Part shown: piece by piece, positions 36,330-50,622 of the stretch
Layout of the letters: the number at the start of each line of letters is the position of its first letter
Numbering within the stretch: position 1 is the first letter of the stretch
Assembly: GCF_036321535.1 (NCBI RefSeq)
Contig: NC_087436.1
Span: forward strand, 80,292,001-80,356,000
Direction: 5' to 3'
DNA length: 64,000 bases
Source: Camelus dromedarius
Taxonomy: Eukaryota
The notes under the pieces: generated by a model
Told to the model about the DNA's origin: nothing
Database searches by the model: none
Seen by the model: only the letters and a program-made list of their open reading frames with translations
Position numbers and translations under genes: made by a program

Positions 36330-37771
36330 GAGCTATAAGTGACATACGCTAAATTGGCCCTGCTCACACTGTGCAGTTTGGTAAGCTTTGACGTATATAT
36401 ACACCCATGAATGCATCACTACAATAAAGATAATGAACACACCCGTCACCACTAAAGGTTTGCTCCTGCCCTTTTGTCGTTCCCTTTTTACCCCAAGATA
36501 ACCACTGATTTCCTTTGTGGCACTAGACATAAGTGTGCATTTTCTAGAATTTTCTATAAATGGAATTCTGTAAATACATGTATGCATATATACATATGCA
36601 TATGTATGTAGATATACATACTGTATGTACATTTTGTCTGCCTTATTTTTACTCGGCATAATTATTTTGACAGTCATCCATATTGTTGCATACATCATCA
36701 TTTTTGTTGCTGAGTAGTATTCCATCATATGCATGTAGCCCAATTTGTCCTTTTTGACATTTGAGTTGTTTCCAGTTTGGAGCTATTACAGATAAAGCTG
36801 CCACAAACATTTGGGTATATACTTTCATTTCTTTTGGACAGATATCTAGGAATGGCATGACTGGGTCATAGGGTAGATGTACACTTAAGTTTTTAAGCAA
36901 CTGCCAAACTGTTTTCCAAAGCGGTTGTACCATTTTACATGTCCACCAGCAGTGTGGGAGAGGTCCGGTTTCGACACATCTTCTCCGAGACTGCATATGC
37001 TCAGTTTTTAAATTTTGGCCATGATAGTACATGTGTCACAGTGTCTCCTTGTGGTTTGATTCACTTCCCTAGTAACTAATCATGTTGAACATTTCTTCAT
37101 ATGCTGATTTTCCATCTGTGTATTGCCTTTGATGAAATGTCTGTTCAAATATTTTGCCCAGGTATTTTAATAGACTTGATTGAATTTTGAGAGTTATTTA
37201 TTCTGGATGCAAGACCTTTATTTGACATGTGATTGACAAATATCTTTTTCCAGTCTAGAGCTATTTTCTCACTCTTTTTACAGTATCTTTTGAAAAGCAG
37301 AAAAATTTTAATTTTCGTGTAGTTCTGTTTTGGTTTTTCTTATATGAATCATACTTTTGTGTCATATTTAAGAAATCTTTATCTAATCCTAGGCCCCCAA
37401 GATTTTATGGAATTTTTATAGTTTTATGTAAATGTCTGTGATCTGTTTTGAATTAATTTTTGTAAATGATGTGAATTTCTTTCTTTTCTTTGCATATGGA
37501 TATCTAATTGTTCCAGCATCATGTATTGAGTTACCTTTCAACTTTGTTGTAATCAGTTGGCTATATGTGTGTGTACTTATTTCTGGACTTTCTTCTCTAT
37601 TCCATTGATCATTTTTTCTTTTACGTCAGTATCAATCTTGATTACAACTTTATAATAACTTTTGATAACAGATAGTGTAAGTCTTTCAATTTTGTTTCTT
37701 TTTCCAGGTGGTTTTGGCTCTTCTAGGCCCTTTGCATTGTCATATAAATTTTGGAATCAGTCTGTACATTT

Positions 37772-37804
<33 letters not shown>

Positions 37805-37880
37805 CACACACAGAGCCTGTTGAGATTATTGGGATTTCACTGAATCTCTAGGTCACTTTTGGGGGGGAATTATCATTTCA
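36330..37880 (-). mobile_element. Old L1 (L1MC/MD/ME-type) 3' portion with embedded (CA)n at ~37772-37812
   Basis: Minus-strand ORF2 remnants (CKMVQPLWKTVWQLLKNLSVHLPYDP; MEYYSATK) plus an old-type 3' UTR. Confidence 0.85.
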
Positions 37881-37894
37881 GTTTCCCTTCTGCA

Positions 37895-38060
37895 TCCTAG
37901 CTACATTGCCTAAAGCTGTGTAAACTTGAGCACTTCACTTAACCTTTCTGAGCCTAAATTTTTTCACTTACAAAATGGAGGTGATTAGTGATTACTTACT
38001 TACCTCTAAGTTAATGTGAGGTATAAATGTATCAGTATTTGTAAAGTGCTTTTGCTTTTA
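37895..38060 (+). mobile_element. MIR SINE
   Basis: cacttaacctttctgagcct...caaaatggaggtgat...atttgtaaagtgctt. Confidence 0.6.
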
Positions 38061-38329
38061 TTTTCTAAGTACATTTCACTGTAGGAATTTGATTTATAGG
38101 ATAATAAAGAAACCTTAATTTTTCAATTTCCATTCATCAGTTACCAGAAGTATTTTTATTATTATTTTATATTTGGAAAAAAAGTAGCCCTTCATAGTCA
38201 GAAGCCTTCATTTTACATAAGTGCTACTGAGGTCCCAAGCAAGGTAACTTGGCCAAGATTACTCAGCTAGCAAAAACAGTTGAGAATTTCCTATTTTAAT
38301 CTTAAACGTTAGCATGAATTGAGAGACTC

Positions 38330-39360
38330 AGTTCATTCAATATTTATGTAGTGCCTAATAAATGCCAGTCACTGTACAAGGTCTTCTGCCAGCCTCTTGG
38401 GATTCAAAAGTGAGGCCAATGGTATTTCATCTTCTTGCAAAGCTTAAGTACTACTAGAAAATACAGACAAGCAAGCCAATCATTTTAATTTAGGCTAACA
38501 GGTAAAAACTAGGAGAATTGTGGAAATACAGCTGGAGAGCAACTAACAAGGAGAAGGGAGTCAGGGAAGACCTTTCTAAAGGAAGTGAACCTGGAGGTGA
38601 GGTCAGAGTGAGCAGTAGCCAGATGTGAGGAGTGGGGAGAGGAGGATGGGAACTGGGGTGTGGGCGAGAGAGACAATGCACTGTTAATACTTTGAACATA
38701 GAACAAACATCTAGATGAAAGAGAGAGAATGGCACTGTGTGCAAATTGGAGGGTCGTCAAGAGGGGCTGGAAGAACAGGGCCCAATAATGAAAACGGTAA
38801 AAGCAGTGTTAAAGTAGTTTGGCTTTATCCCGGTGGTTGTAACACTGGAGAGTATTAAGATCAGATTTGCGGTTTAGAAAGGTTCTTTCTTATGTTGAAA
38901 ATGAATTAGAGAGGGCAGGATAGAGGGCAAGGGATGTAAGGTACACGAGAGAGGGTGATACTCAGCGAGGGTAGTAGGAGAGGGTGAGGATGAAGATGGG
39001 GGAAAAGTGAGTGACAGGTCTGGTGCTGCCTGACTGAATGTGCTTTGGTTAAAGATGCAGGTGTTAAGTTGACAGCCAGGTTTCTGACCTGAGTTAACAG
39101 GCTTGGTGATGCTGTCTTCATCTGAGTAGGAAATCCAGAAGGGGCAGCAGGTTGGGTGTGGAAAAGAGAGAGGTCAGGTGGCTTATGTTGAATTTCAGGT
39201 GATTCTTGTAGAAAACCCACCTGGAGATGGCATGCTGGGAGCTAGGGATGCAGGTTTATGGGGAGTCATCAGTGTACAGAGGGATGGAGAGGGAAGCTGT
39301 GAGGGTGCATGAGGTCACCTGGTGGGTGCTAGGAGAACAAGGAGCTTAGGTGGAAGGTGG
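38330..39360 (-). mobile_element. L2 3' fragment
   Basis: ttcattcaatatttatgtagtgccta...tgccagtcactgt start followed by L2 body (ggagtcagggaagacctttct, gatcagatttgcggtttagaaag). Confidence 0.7.
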
Positions 39361-39977
39361 AGAATCATTGTCTTTAAATCCTGGGCTTGAGAAGAAGCTC
39401 CTAATTTGGTTTTCTAAAACACTTTAAGTACTTTCATTCAGCATGCACATGCCTCCTGGCTCTAATTATTACTACAGTATTAGTCCCATTTTTTTCTGTG
39501 ATCACCAGTCACTCTTGTTTTCCTTATCACACCTGGTCTGGCATCTTTGTAAGAGGGTGCATACAGGAAACACAGAAACACAGGAGTGTCTGCTACTAAT
39601 CCTAGCAGTGAAGTGACGTTGCTCCCAAATGCCACTGCTTAGGAATTGTCTTTTATTATTTAGTTATTAGAATAAAATGTAATAATTGAGTTGAATCTTA
39701 AGTTTTTCATTTTGTGTTTCTCGAAGGTACATGAAATAGAAATCAGAAGCTTAAATAATACAAATAAAAGCTGGACAGCTTTCTTGAAGGTGTGGTGGGG
39801 GGAGGGCTGTGGCACATCACCGTTGTTGGCCAGTGGACTTTGAGGTGACTTGCTGAACGCTTGAGTGTTTTGAGGAGCACAGTTTGAATTCTAGCCCAGT
39901 GCTTTTATTTTATAAGGAAAACAAAGGCTGAGTTTCTTTAAAGTTAAGTGATTTGCCTTTTGTCATACTGATAGTTA

Positions 39978-40282
39978 GAGGTCAGCCCTCATATCTGGGG
40001 GTTGCAAATCCATGGATTCAACCAATTGTGGATCAAAATATTTGAAAAGAAAAAACAAAATTCCAGAAAGTTCCAAAAAGCAAAACTTGAGTTTGCTGCA
40101 TACTCACAACTGTTTACATTGTACTTATAAGTATTTACATTGTGTTAGGTTTTATAAGTAATCTATAGGTGATTTAAAGTGTATAATTTAAAGGGAGGAT
40201 GTGTACAGGTTATGTACAAATACTATGCCTTCTCCAATTTTGGTATCTGAGGGTAATCCCCCTCCCCTGCCTGACAACTGTA
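39978..40282 (-). mobile_element. MER2B/Tigger3-like MITE
   Basis: gtcagccctcatatctg...ttccagaaagttccaaaaagcaaaacttgagtttgctgca...gacaactgta. It is an inverted homologue of 14135-14455. Confidence 0.75.
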
Positions 40283-41449
40283 CTTGCAACTCCTGACTCC
40301 TAATCTGGTGCTCGTTCTACAACCTGGTAACGTGCCTTCTTGAGCCACTTCCATTAGTCACCATCTGGGTTATTGAAGGTTAAAAAAAAACGAGTAACAA
40401 GCAAAGACAAGAAAAGTGAAGTGTTGCATTGTTCTAGATGTCACAGACCTGCTGGCACAGTAGGCTCACTGCAGGCCCCCTGATGTTTCCAGGGGACGTC
40501 CTGTCTGGTGGTTTATTAGTCAACATCTCTCTTTGTTTAAGCCACTCTGGGGCCATCTAACCATGTCACAGTGGGAAGGTGTGATATGTCTGTTTCATTT
40601 GTCATTTTTGGTACAATGACACATTTAATTTTATAGCTTTTTAATAAGAAGGTTATAGTTAGTAAATGAAAGCTAATTATTGCTTTATGAAAACTGATAG
40701 TGCTCCCCCAAGGCTAACATTTTGTTTGGTAAGCCACTTAGGGAGGAATTGGATTCAGTCGTAAAAATAGTTTAAGACTTTGTTAACTTCACGGGTCCTT
40801 GGCATTATATTCAGTGCTTCCATTTTATGTGTAAAGAAACAGTTAAAAGAGGCGATGAAATTTGCCCAAACTTTGGTGCTAATAGGGGCTGAGTTTGGTT
40901 TGAGATTGCTAAACATCCTGAATTCCTACACACCTTCATTGCTGGGATCACCTCTGGCCCAACAGTCTGCTCCGTGTTCCTTCTGCTTGTTCACCTCCTG
41001 TGAATACTCTCTTTCCTCTGACCCAGCTCAGTCCCCCTGCCCAGTGTCCCCTTCTGTAAACCTCCGTCCCAGAGTGTTTGTCTGTGCAGCACTGTTTACT
41101 GAAGGTTGCTGGTGGGGCTGGGTGGAGGAGAGGGGGGGACGTAGTAGGCGTCGAGGTTGTTCATTACAGCAGAGTGAACAACTTCAAAACTAAGCATTAG
41201 GCAGCTCTTTTCTTACGATTCCTTGGCCACCCTGTCCCTTGAGGGTCTGCAGTGATCACCTTGGTCTAAAGGCCTCAGCATACACACTCAGCTCCTGCCC
41301 ATGCACTCTGAGAAGTCAGTTTGGGTTTCAAATAACTTTATACAGTCATTCCAGCAGAGCAGATGCTTTTGATCGTAGTTTACCTGTAAGTAAAACAGCA
41401 ATGGTGGTATCTATTTGATGTGCTTCATTAGGACTGTCGTCTTTAAAAA

Positions 41450-44400
41450 AATTTATTTCTGTACAATGTAGCCTTGTAGCTTATTTTATACATAGCATTT
41501 GGTACCTCTTAATCCCCTACCCTTCCCTTGCACATCTCCCCTTCCCTCTCCTCACTGGTAACTACTAGTTTGTTCTCTGTATCTCTGAGTTTGTTTCTTT
41601 TTTGTTATATTCTTTTTTTTTTTTAGATTTCCACATATAAATGATAACCTACGGTATTTGTCTTTCTCTGTCAGACTTATTTCACTAAGCATAATACCTC
41701 CCAGGTCCATTGATGTTCTTGTAAATGGCGGAATTTCATTCTTTTTTTTATGGCTGAGTAGTGTTTTATTGTGTGTGCTCGTGTGTGTGTGTGTGTGTGT
41801 GTATACACACATACCACATCTTCATTATCCATTCATCTATTGATGGACACTTAGGCTATGTAAGTAGTCCTGCAATGAACATAAAGGTCCATATGTCTTT
41901 TTGAATTAATATTTTTGTTTTCTTCTGGTAAATACCCGGAACTGGAATTGCTGGATCATATGGTAGTTCTATTTTAAAATTTTTGAGGAATCTCCATATA
42001 GTTTTCACAGTGGCTGTACCAGTTTACATTCACACCAACAATGTACAGCGTTCCCTTTTCTCCACATCCTTGTCAGCATCATCATTTGTGGTTTTTTTGA
42101 CAGTAGCCATTCTGACAAGTGTGAAATGATGTATCATTGTAATTTTGATTTGCATTTCTTTGATGATGAGTGATGTCAAGCATCTTTTCTTGTGCCTGTT
42201 AGCCATCTGCATGGTCTGTTTGGGGAAAAAGTCTATTCAGGTCTTCTGCCCATTTTTAAAATCGGGTGGCTTGGTTTTTTGATATTGAGTTGTATGAGCT
42301 GTTTATATATTTTGGATATTAATCCTTTATCAGTCATATCATTTGCAAATATTTTATCCCATTGAGTAGGTTGTCTTTTTATTTTGTTGATGGTTTCCTT
42401 TGCTGTGCAAAGGATTTTAAGTTTAATTAGGACTCATTTGTTTATTTATACTTTTGCTTACTTTGCTTTAGGAGATGGATCCAAAAAAATATTGCTATAA
42501 TTTATGTCAAAGAGTGTTCTGCCTGTGTTCTCTTCTAGGAGTTTTATGGTTTCCAGTCTTACATTCAAGTCTTTAAACCATTTTGAATTTATTTCTGTAT
42601 ATCATCTGAGAAAATTTTGCAATTTTTTTTTTTCCTGTAGCTGTTGTTTTCTGGTACCACTTATTGAAGAGTGTCTTTTCTCCATTGTATGTTCTTGCCT
42701 TCTTTGTTGTAGATAAATTGACCATAAGTGTGTGGGTTTATTTCTGGGCTCTCTATTCTGTTCCATTGGTCTTTGTGTCTGTTTTTATGCCACTACCATG
42801 CTGTTTCAATGACTGTAGCTTTGTAGTAGTCTGAAGTCAGGGAACGTGATACTTCCAGCTCTGTTTTTCTTTCTCAAGATTGTTTTAGCTATTTGGGATC
42901 TTTTGTGTTGCCATAAAAGTTTTAAAATTATTTGTCCTAGTTCTGTGGAAAATGCTGTTGGCATTTTGATAGGGATTGCACTGAATCTGTAGATTGTCCT
43001 GGGTATTATGGTCATATTAACAATACCAATTCTTCCAATCCATGAACACAGTGTAACTTTCCATCTCTCTGTGTTGTCTTCAGTTTGCTGCATCTGTGTC
43101 ATCGTTTCCTGAGTACAGGTCTTTTCCCTCTTTAGGTAAGTTTATTCCTAGGTATTTTATTCTTTTTGATGTAATGCATAAATGGAATAGTTTCCTTAAT
43201 TTCTCTTTCTGATAGTTTGTTGTTGGTGCGTAGAAATGCCACAGCTTTCTGTGTCCTAATTTTGTGTCCTGTAACCTTACTGTCACTGAGGAGCTCTGGC
43301 AGCCTTTAGTGGTGCCCTCGGGCTTTTCTATGTATAGTATCATGTCATCTACAAGCAGCGACAGTTTTACTACTTCTTCCCAATTTGGGTTCCTTTTATT
43401 TCTTTTTCTCGTCTGATTTCTGTGACTGGATTTCCAATACTGTGTTGAATAAAAGTGGCAAGAGTGGGCATCCTTGTCTTGCTCCTTATCTTAGAGGCAA
43501 TGCTCTCAACTTTTAGTTGTTAACGATGATGTTAGCTGTGGGCTTACCATCTATGGCCTTTATTATGTTGAGGTATGTTCCCTCTATACCTACTTTGTGA
43601 AGAGTTTTTAACATAAATAGATATTGAATTTTGTCAAAACTTTTTTCTGCATCTTTTGAGACAATCATATGATTTTTATTATTGTTTGTTAATTTGGTGT
43701 ATTACATTGATTAATTTGTGGATATTAAAAAATCTTTCCATCCCTGAGATAATTCCTACTTGATCATGGTGTATGATCCTTTTAATGTACTGTTGGATTT
43801 GGCTTGCTAATGTTTTGTTAAGGATTTCTGCATCCATGTTCATCAGTGATACTGGCCTGCAATTTTTTTTTTTGTGGTATCTTTGTCTGGTTTTGTTATC
43901 AGTGTGATGTTGGCCTCATAGAATGAGTTAGGAAGCATTTCCTCCTCTGCAATTTTTTGGAGTAGTTTGAGAAGAATAGGTGTTAAGTCTTCTCTAAATG
44001 TTGGGTAGAATTCACCTGTGAAACCATATAGTCTGGCTGTTTGTTGTAAGTTTTTTAAATTACTGATTCCATTTCATTACTGGTAATTGGACTATTCATA
44101 TTTTGTATTGCTTCCTGATTTAGTCTTGGGAGATTGTATACTTCTAGGAATTTGTCCATTTTTTCTAGGTTGTCCATTTTATTGGCATATAGCTCTCCAT
44201 AATAATCTCTTGTGATGCTTTGTATTTCTGTGTTATCAGTTGTAATGTCTCCTTTCTCATTTATTATTTTATTGACTTGGACCCTTTCCCTTTTTTCCCT
44301 ATGATTCTGGCTAAAGGCTTATCAATTTTGTTTATCTTTTCAAAGAACCACTTCTTAGTTTCAGTGATCTTTTCTATTGTTTTTTTAAGTCTCTCTTACA

Positions 44401-47400
44401 TTTATTTCTGCTCTCATCCTTATGATGTCTTGTCGTCTATTAACTTTGGGTTTTGTTCATTCTCCTTTCTCTGGTTGCTTTAGGTGTGAGGGTAGGTTGT
44501 TTATTTGAGATTTTTCTTGTTCCTGAGACAAGCTGGCATCGCTGCAAACTTCCTCTTAGAGCTGCTTTTGCTGTGTCTCATGGGCTTTGGATCACTGTGT
44601 TTTCACTTTCATTTGTCTCCAGATATTTCTCTTTATTTCTTCTTTGGCTCGTCAGTGACCCGTTGATTGCTCAGTAGCATGTTGCTTACCCTCAGTGTGT
44701 TTGTGTGTTTTTTGTAGTTTTTTTTCCTTGTAATTGATTTCTGGTCTCGTGTTGTGGTCGGAAAAAATCACTTGATATGGTTTCAGTTTTCTTAAATTTA
44801 CTAAGGCTTGTTTTGTGGCCTGGCATGTGCAGCATGTGATCTGTCCTGGAGAATGTTCTTTGTGCACTTGAGTGTGTATTCTGCTGCTTTTGGGTGGAAT
44901 GTTCTAAATAAATCTGTTAAGTGTATTTAGCCTAATGTGTCATTTAAGGCTAGTGTTTCCTTACTGATTTTCTGTCTGGATGATCTGTTCACTGATGTCT
45001 GTGGAGTGTTAAGGTCCCCTACTATTATTGTGTTACTGTTGATTTCTTTGTCTATGAATATTTGCTTTCTGTATTTAGATGCTCCTATGTTGAGTTCATA
45101 TATATTTGCAATTGTATCTTCTTTTTGGATTGGATCGTTGATCATTATGTAACGTATGTCTTTGTTCCTCATTGCCGTCTTTATTTTAAAGTCGACTTTG
45201 TCTGGTATAAGTATCATTATCCCAGCTTTTTTTTTTTTTTTTTTTTTGCATTTGCATGAAATACCTTTTTCCATCTGCTCACGTTCAGTCTGTGTATGTC
45301 TCTAGATCTGAAGTGAGTCTCTTGTGAGCTGCATATTTATAGGTCTTGTTTTTTTATTCATTCAGCTGCTCTGTGTCTTTTGATTGGAGCATTTAGTCCA
45401 TGTACATTTAAAGTATTTATTGATATGCATGTTCACGTAGCCATCTTGTTCATTGTTTCAGAGTTGTGTTGGTAAATCTTTTTTGCTCTTTTTTCTTCTT
45501 CTGTTCCCTTCCCTTGTGACTTGCTGGCTCCCTTTAGTGCTATGTTTGGGTTCCTTTCTCTTTTTTGTGTGTATCTAGTATAGATTTTTGGTTTGTGGTT
45601 ACTATGAGTTTATACACAGCTATCTATATATATAAGTGATTGTTTTAAGTTGCTGATCTCTTAATTTCAACAACCTTAATTTAACAACCCTGCATTTGTA
45701 CTTTCCTCCCCTCGTAGTTACTGCTTTACATCTTTTGTGTATCACTTGACTATTTATTGCAGAGAGAGATGATTCTACTACTTTTGTCTTTTAACCTTCC
45801 TACTGGCTTTGTAGGTGGTTTGTTTACTACCTCTACTGTATATTTGCCTTTACCAGTGAGCTCTTTCCTCTCATGGTTTTCATGTTTCTGGTTGTGGCCT
45901 TTCCTTTTTCCCTTAGAGAAGTCCCTTTAACATCTGTTGCATAGCTGGTTTGGTGGTGCTGAACTCTTGCTAGCGTTTTCTTGTCTGTGAAACTTTTGGC
46001 CTCTCCATTAAATCTAAATGAAAGCCTTTCCAGATAGAATATTCTTGGTTGTAGGTTTTCCCCTTTCGTCATTTTAAATATATCATACTACCTTCTGTCC
46101 TGAAGAGTTTCTGCTGAGAAATCAGCTGGTAGCCTTGTGGGAGTTTCCTTGTACAAAACTCACTGTTGCTTTTCCCTTGCTGCTTTTTAATATTCTCTAT
46201 CTTTAATTTTTGTCACTTAAATTATAATGTATCTTGGTGTGGTCCTCTTTGGGTTGATCCTGTTTGGGACTCTGTGCTTTCTGGACCTGGATACCTGTTT
46301 CCTTTCCTAGGTTAGGGAAGTTTTCAGCTCTTGTGTCTTCCAATATATTCTCTGCCACTTTCTTTATTTCTTCTCCTTCTGGGACCCCTATAATTCCAAT
46401 GTTAGTACACTAGATGTTGAAGTGAAGCTCTTTTAAACTGTCCTCACTTCTTTTTTTTTTTTTCTTTTTTTCTTTTTTCTGTTCACTTCAGTGATTCCCA
46501 CCATTTTGTCTTCCAATTCACTGGTCCATTCCTCTGTATCACTGAATCTTCTAGTGCTTTTTTCATTTCAGTTATTGTATTCTTCATCTTTGTTAGGTGG
46601 TTCTTTACATTTTCCAACTCTTTGTTAGAAACTTCTAACTTCTCATTCTGTTCATCCTTGCTTCTCCAGAGTTCTTTGATCATCTTCATGATCATTATCC
46701 TGAACTCTTTCTTGCATAGATTGCCTATCTCCGCTTCACTTAGTTCTTCTGGGGTTTTATCTTGTTCCTTTGTTTGAAAGCTGTTCTCTATTGCCTCATT
46801 TTGCCTAATTTGCTGGTGGGCATGGCCTAAGCCCTTGGGGTTCTTGGTTCTGGGGCTAGTGCCTGCCCACTGATGGGTGGAGCTGGGTCTCAGGGTCTCT
46901 GGCTGCAGGGCCCGTGGATTCCAAGTCCAATGCCGAGGCATTGGTGTCTGGGGCTGGGTCCTTGGCCCTCTGGTGGAAAGGGCCATGTCCAGGGGTAGCT
47001 GTTGGCTCAGGGGTTCTTAGGCAGCCTACCTGCTGGTGGGTGGGAAGTGGGGTAGTGTCCCAAGACTAAGCCAGAGGGAGAATTCCAGATCGGTGCTTGC
47101 CACATCAGTGTCTCTGTGGTGGAACAAGCTCCCCAGCATGGGTGCTGTCAATGTCCATGACCCCGGGGTGAGGTCCAGTTGACTCCTGCCTCTGCTGGAG
47201 ACCTGCCAACATTAGCAGGAAGATCTGACCCAGGCTCCTATCAAATTACTGCTTCTGTCCTGAGTCCCAGAGTTTGTGAGATTTTTCTGTGCACCCTTTA
47301 AGAGTGGAGTCTCTATTTCCCACAGCCCTCTGGGTCTCCCAAAAGTAAACCCTGCTGGCCTTCAAAGTCAAACATTCTAGAGGCTCATTTTCCCCATTTA

Positions 47401-47710
47401 GTGCTCCCCGGGCTGGTTTCCTGATATGAAGCTCAGACCCCTCATTCCTAGGAGACAACCTCTATGATTGTAATTATTCTCCTGTTTGTGGGTTACCCAC
47501 CAGGAGGTATAGGTCTCGACTGTAGCACAACTCTGTCCCTCCCCCATCTTCTTGTGGTTTCTTCTTTGTATCTTTAGTTGTAGACAATCTTTTCTAGTAG
47601 ATGCCTCTCTTCCTCGTTAAGAGTCGTCCTGTAAATAGGTGTAATTTTGGTGTGCCCACGAAAGGAGATGATCTCAGGGTCTTTCTACTCCTCCATCTTG
47701 GCTGAGCTTC
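41450..47710 (-). mobile_element. Near full-length (~6.25 kb) inactive L1, antisense in CDS1 intron 1
   Basis: Ordered 3' UTR, ORF2 remnants (RT region MILYIEKP; endonuclease AGIMILIPDKVDFKIK...TIIVGDLNTP), ORF1 remnants (NLQPRIFYLERLSFRFNGEAKSFTDK; coiled-coil region) and 5' UTR starting CAGCCAAGATGGAGGAGTAG. Many stops and frameshifts. Confidence 0.93.
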
Positions 47711-48209
47711 TCTCTTGAGGATCTAATAAAAATGATGGAAGTTTAAATGCTGAATATATGTATACACATACACAGAGAAATGCTATGCCAGTGTAATATA
47801 TTACTCCTGTTGTTGATGCTTTAATTGTAATCAAATAATACAAAAAAGGGACTGTGTGCAGTTGATCAGAATCTACATGAAGTTAACATCATGTTCTCTG
47901 TTAAGTTGCAAAACAAAACACATTTGATTCTGTGGTAAATTTCTGATTTAGATAATATAGGCATTCTTCTTTTGTGTCTTTTGTTTAAATTAATCCTTTA
48001 TATTGATAGATTTTAGCAAAGGTAATCAAACTCTTCTAACTAGGATATACAACCATGCTTGAATATTCAAGATAAATTAATAGTTATTTCTTTGTTTTAA
48101 GTTATGTAACTGAGAGTTTACACACTGAGCAATAAATAAATGCATTGACAAGCATGTGCTTTTCTTCCTTTTATTTTGCAAAGTGATTTTATTTTTCCTT
48201 TAATTTTAG

Positions 48210-48337
48210 GAAACAGATATTGATGACAGATATGGAGATTTGGATTCCAGAACAGATTCTGATATTCCAGAAATTCCACCATCCTCAGATAGAACCCCTG
48301 AGATCCTCAAGAGAGCTCTGTCTGGTTTGTCTTCAAG
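48210..48337 (+). CDS. CDS1: CDS1 coding exon 2 (128 nt)
   Basis: Acceptor ttttag|G encodes ETDIDDRYGDLDSRTDSDIPEIPPSSDRTPEILKRALSGLSS(R). Donor AAG|gtatga. In frame with exon 1. Confidence 0.97.
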
Positions 48338-49339
48338 GTATGATTGGTTGAAGGTGAATATAATGGATGTACAAGATAAGCTGAGAAGTTACCCTGGACC
48401 ATGTTCAGTATAATAACTTTCACCTTTTTTAAGTTTTAGAGCTATGAGAGAGAAGGCTTTATGCTTTTTCATCATAAATGAGGCATGCTATTAGATGCTT
48501 GATGTACATCCTTTCATTAATCCTTAAAATGTTAAGTATGAGAAAACCAAGTCTATGGGTTAACTAGAGAAGGTTACATAGCTAGTAAGATGTGGACCTG
48601 GCATTCCTGCCCCAGTCTGGCAAGTTTCTGAAGGCAGTGATCCATTTACCACATCAGATTGCCTTTTAATGGTACTGGAATATCTAATAAAGAACATTCT
48701 ATATTCTCTGTTCCCTGTTTTTCAGATGCCAGATGGAAATAGATAATTTTTTCTTTTAGCTGAGGTTTAAATCATTGTCCAAAACTTCACAACCCTTTAC
48801 CATTTTGTACCCCCAAGAGACACACAGACGCCTGTTTCAGCTGCTGCAAAATGTAATGAATCCGTTTTTGACATTACTGTGTGTGATATCCTGTTGATTT
48901 CTTTTCTGTTTAATAACTGTTCTATGTTATCAAAAACAAAAAATTTCTGGATTACTAATTTGGAGTTTGAAAAACACTGATTTAGTCATGGATAATAAAT
49001 ATAATAAGAGCTTTTCTGATTTTTAATTTCCTAGAAGATAACCATAATAGAATAAATTAGTTTAAAGTTTTCATATTTTTAACCAATAGAATAAATTTTT
49101 GCTGTCTATTATTAAAAGCCTGATTATTATTTTAATAGTTCTCGGTCCCAGTTGTTTTCATGACCTAGTTCACAGATGTACCTTTGCTTTAAAATCTAAC
49201 CTGGTCTATCTCAGATCTGAATTTTTTTCATACTGAGGTTATGTAAGAATGATGCAGTATTCCTATGTATCATTCATAACAAGATTTTCTTTGATTTTTT
49301 TTTTCTGGTGTAAAGTAACAATAGCAAGTAGTAGTAACA

Positions 49340-49550
49340 GGAATTTATTGATCATATATATTTGCTGAGTGCTGCTCCAAGCACTTTACATGTATTGACT
49401 AACTTATTTCCAAGGCAATCCTGTTACACAGGTATGGTAATATACCTGTTGTATAAGTGGGGAAACTGAAGCACAGAAATGTTATTTATCAAGGGTCACG
49501 TAGCTGGTAAGTGATAGAGCCACATTCTGAACTTAGTCATTGTGCTCTAG
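49340..49550 (-). mobile_element. MIR SINE
   Basis: aagcactttacatgtatt...ggaaactgaagcacaga...aagggtcacgtagctggtaagtgatagagcc. Confidence 0.7.
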
Positions 49551-49854
49551 TTATGAAAGCCTTGGTTTTAAAAAATAAATAGCAGATAATATATGACTAG
49601 TTTCAATCTTTTAAAGAAACTTCTCCGTAAAGGTTGTGTTTATGTTTCAAAATCTATATCTTACACATTTTAGCCGAATACCCCGAATAGTCTGCCTTGC
49701 AAACACTTAGAAGCTGTAGATGCATAGGAGTAAAAATAATAATTATGTAAGAAAGTTACATAGATTGCAAAAGAAAACCCTATAATCCTCATACCAAGAC
49801 AATGATATTTAAAAATCTGTGTTGTTTATCTTTGAAACTTTTTTCTTTTGCATT

Positions 49855-49891
<37 letters not shown>

Positions 49892-49898
49892 TGTGTGT
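49855..49898. repeat. (TG)n microsatellite
   Basis: Read directly from the sequence. Confidence 0.95.
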
Positions 49899-50399
49899 AA
49901 AATGTAAAAAAGAGCATCGTACTGTTTTCTACCTTGTTATTTTTATTTTCATTCCATGGTATTAGACACAACATCCTTAAATATATGTAAATATGATATA
50001 TTCCTTTATATGGCTATAGTTCAATTTATTTAACTAAACAAGTATTGCTGGGCATTTAGTTGATTTCTAAATTTTCACAATTAAAGCCAACTCTGCTTTA
50101 AACTTCTTTCTGTATAGCTAACTTTTATTTAGTGTCCATAATTTATTTTTTAGGATAAAATTTTAAAAGTAACATTGCTTGGTCAAGATTTATGTTCATT
50201 TTTAAGGCTCTAATATATAATGCCAGAAAGAGAGTAAGTTGTTGAAATTGGAATGGGCTTGAAAGGACTTCAGTCACCTGGCAAGTTGTCCCAGTCTGTT
50301 TATTGACATGTGTATGAGTCTGTGGAAATGAATATTTATCAGCCTGTGAAGTCTAGCTCTATCCTTTAATGAAGGGCTTCTTCAGCAATGAGTCTAGTT

Positions 50400-50622
50400 T
50401 AGTAGTTCCCTCCAGGGGTGGTGCCCTGGATTTTGCACCTTCCCCCAGCCAGTGAACATGGGGCAACATCTGGGGATATATTAGGTTATCACAACAAGAG
50501 ACGGCGCTGCTGGCACCTAGTGGGTAGAGGTCAGGGAACATCCTGCAGTACACAGAACAGCCCTTCACAGCAAAGAATTATCTGGCCCAAGTGTTACTAG
50601 GGCTGAGATTGGAAAACTGTGG
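50400..50622 (+). mobile_element. MER20-like hAT-Charlie MITE
   Basis: ggcaacatctgg...tgctggcacctagtgggtagaggtcaggga...caaagaattatctggcccaa...gctgagattggaaaact. Confidence 0.8.

Noticed and set aside
14135..40282. Inverted similarity between 14135-14455 and 39978-40282, and similarity among the three minus-strand L1s, as segmental duplication
   Set aside because: Explained by independent insertions of abundant repeat families. The flanks are unrelated.
41552..46986. ORFs resembling endonuclease, reverse transcriptase and ORF1p as functional genes
   Set aside because: They are short fragments broken by stops and frameshifts, i.e. an inactive L1.
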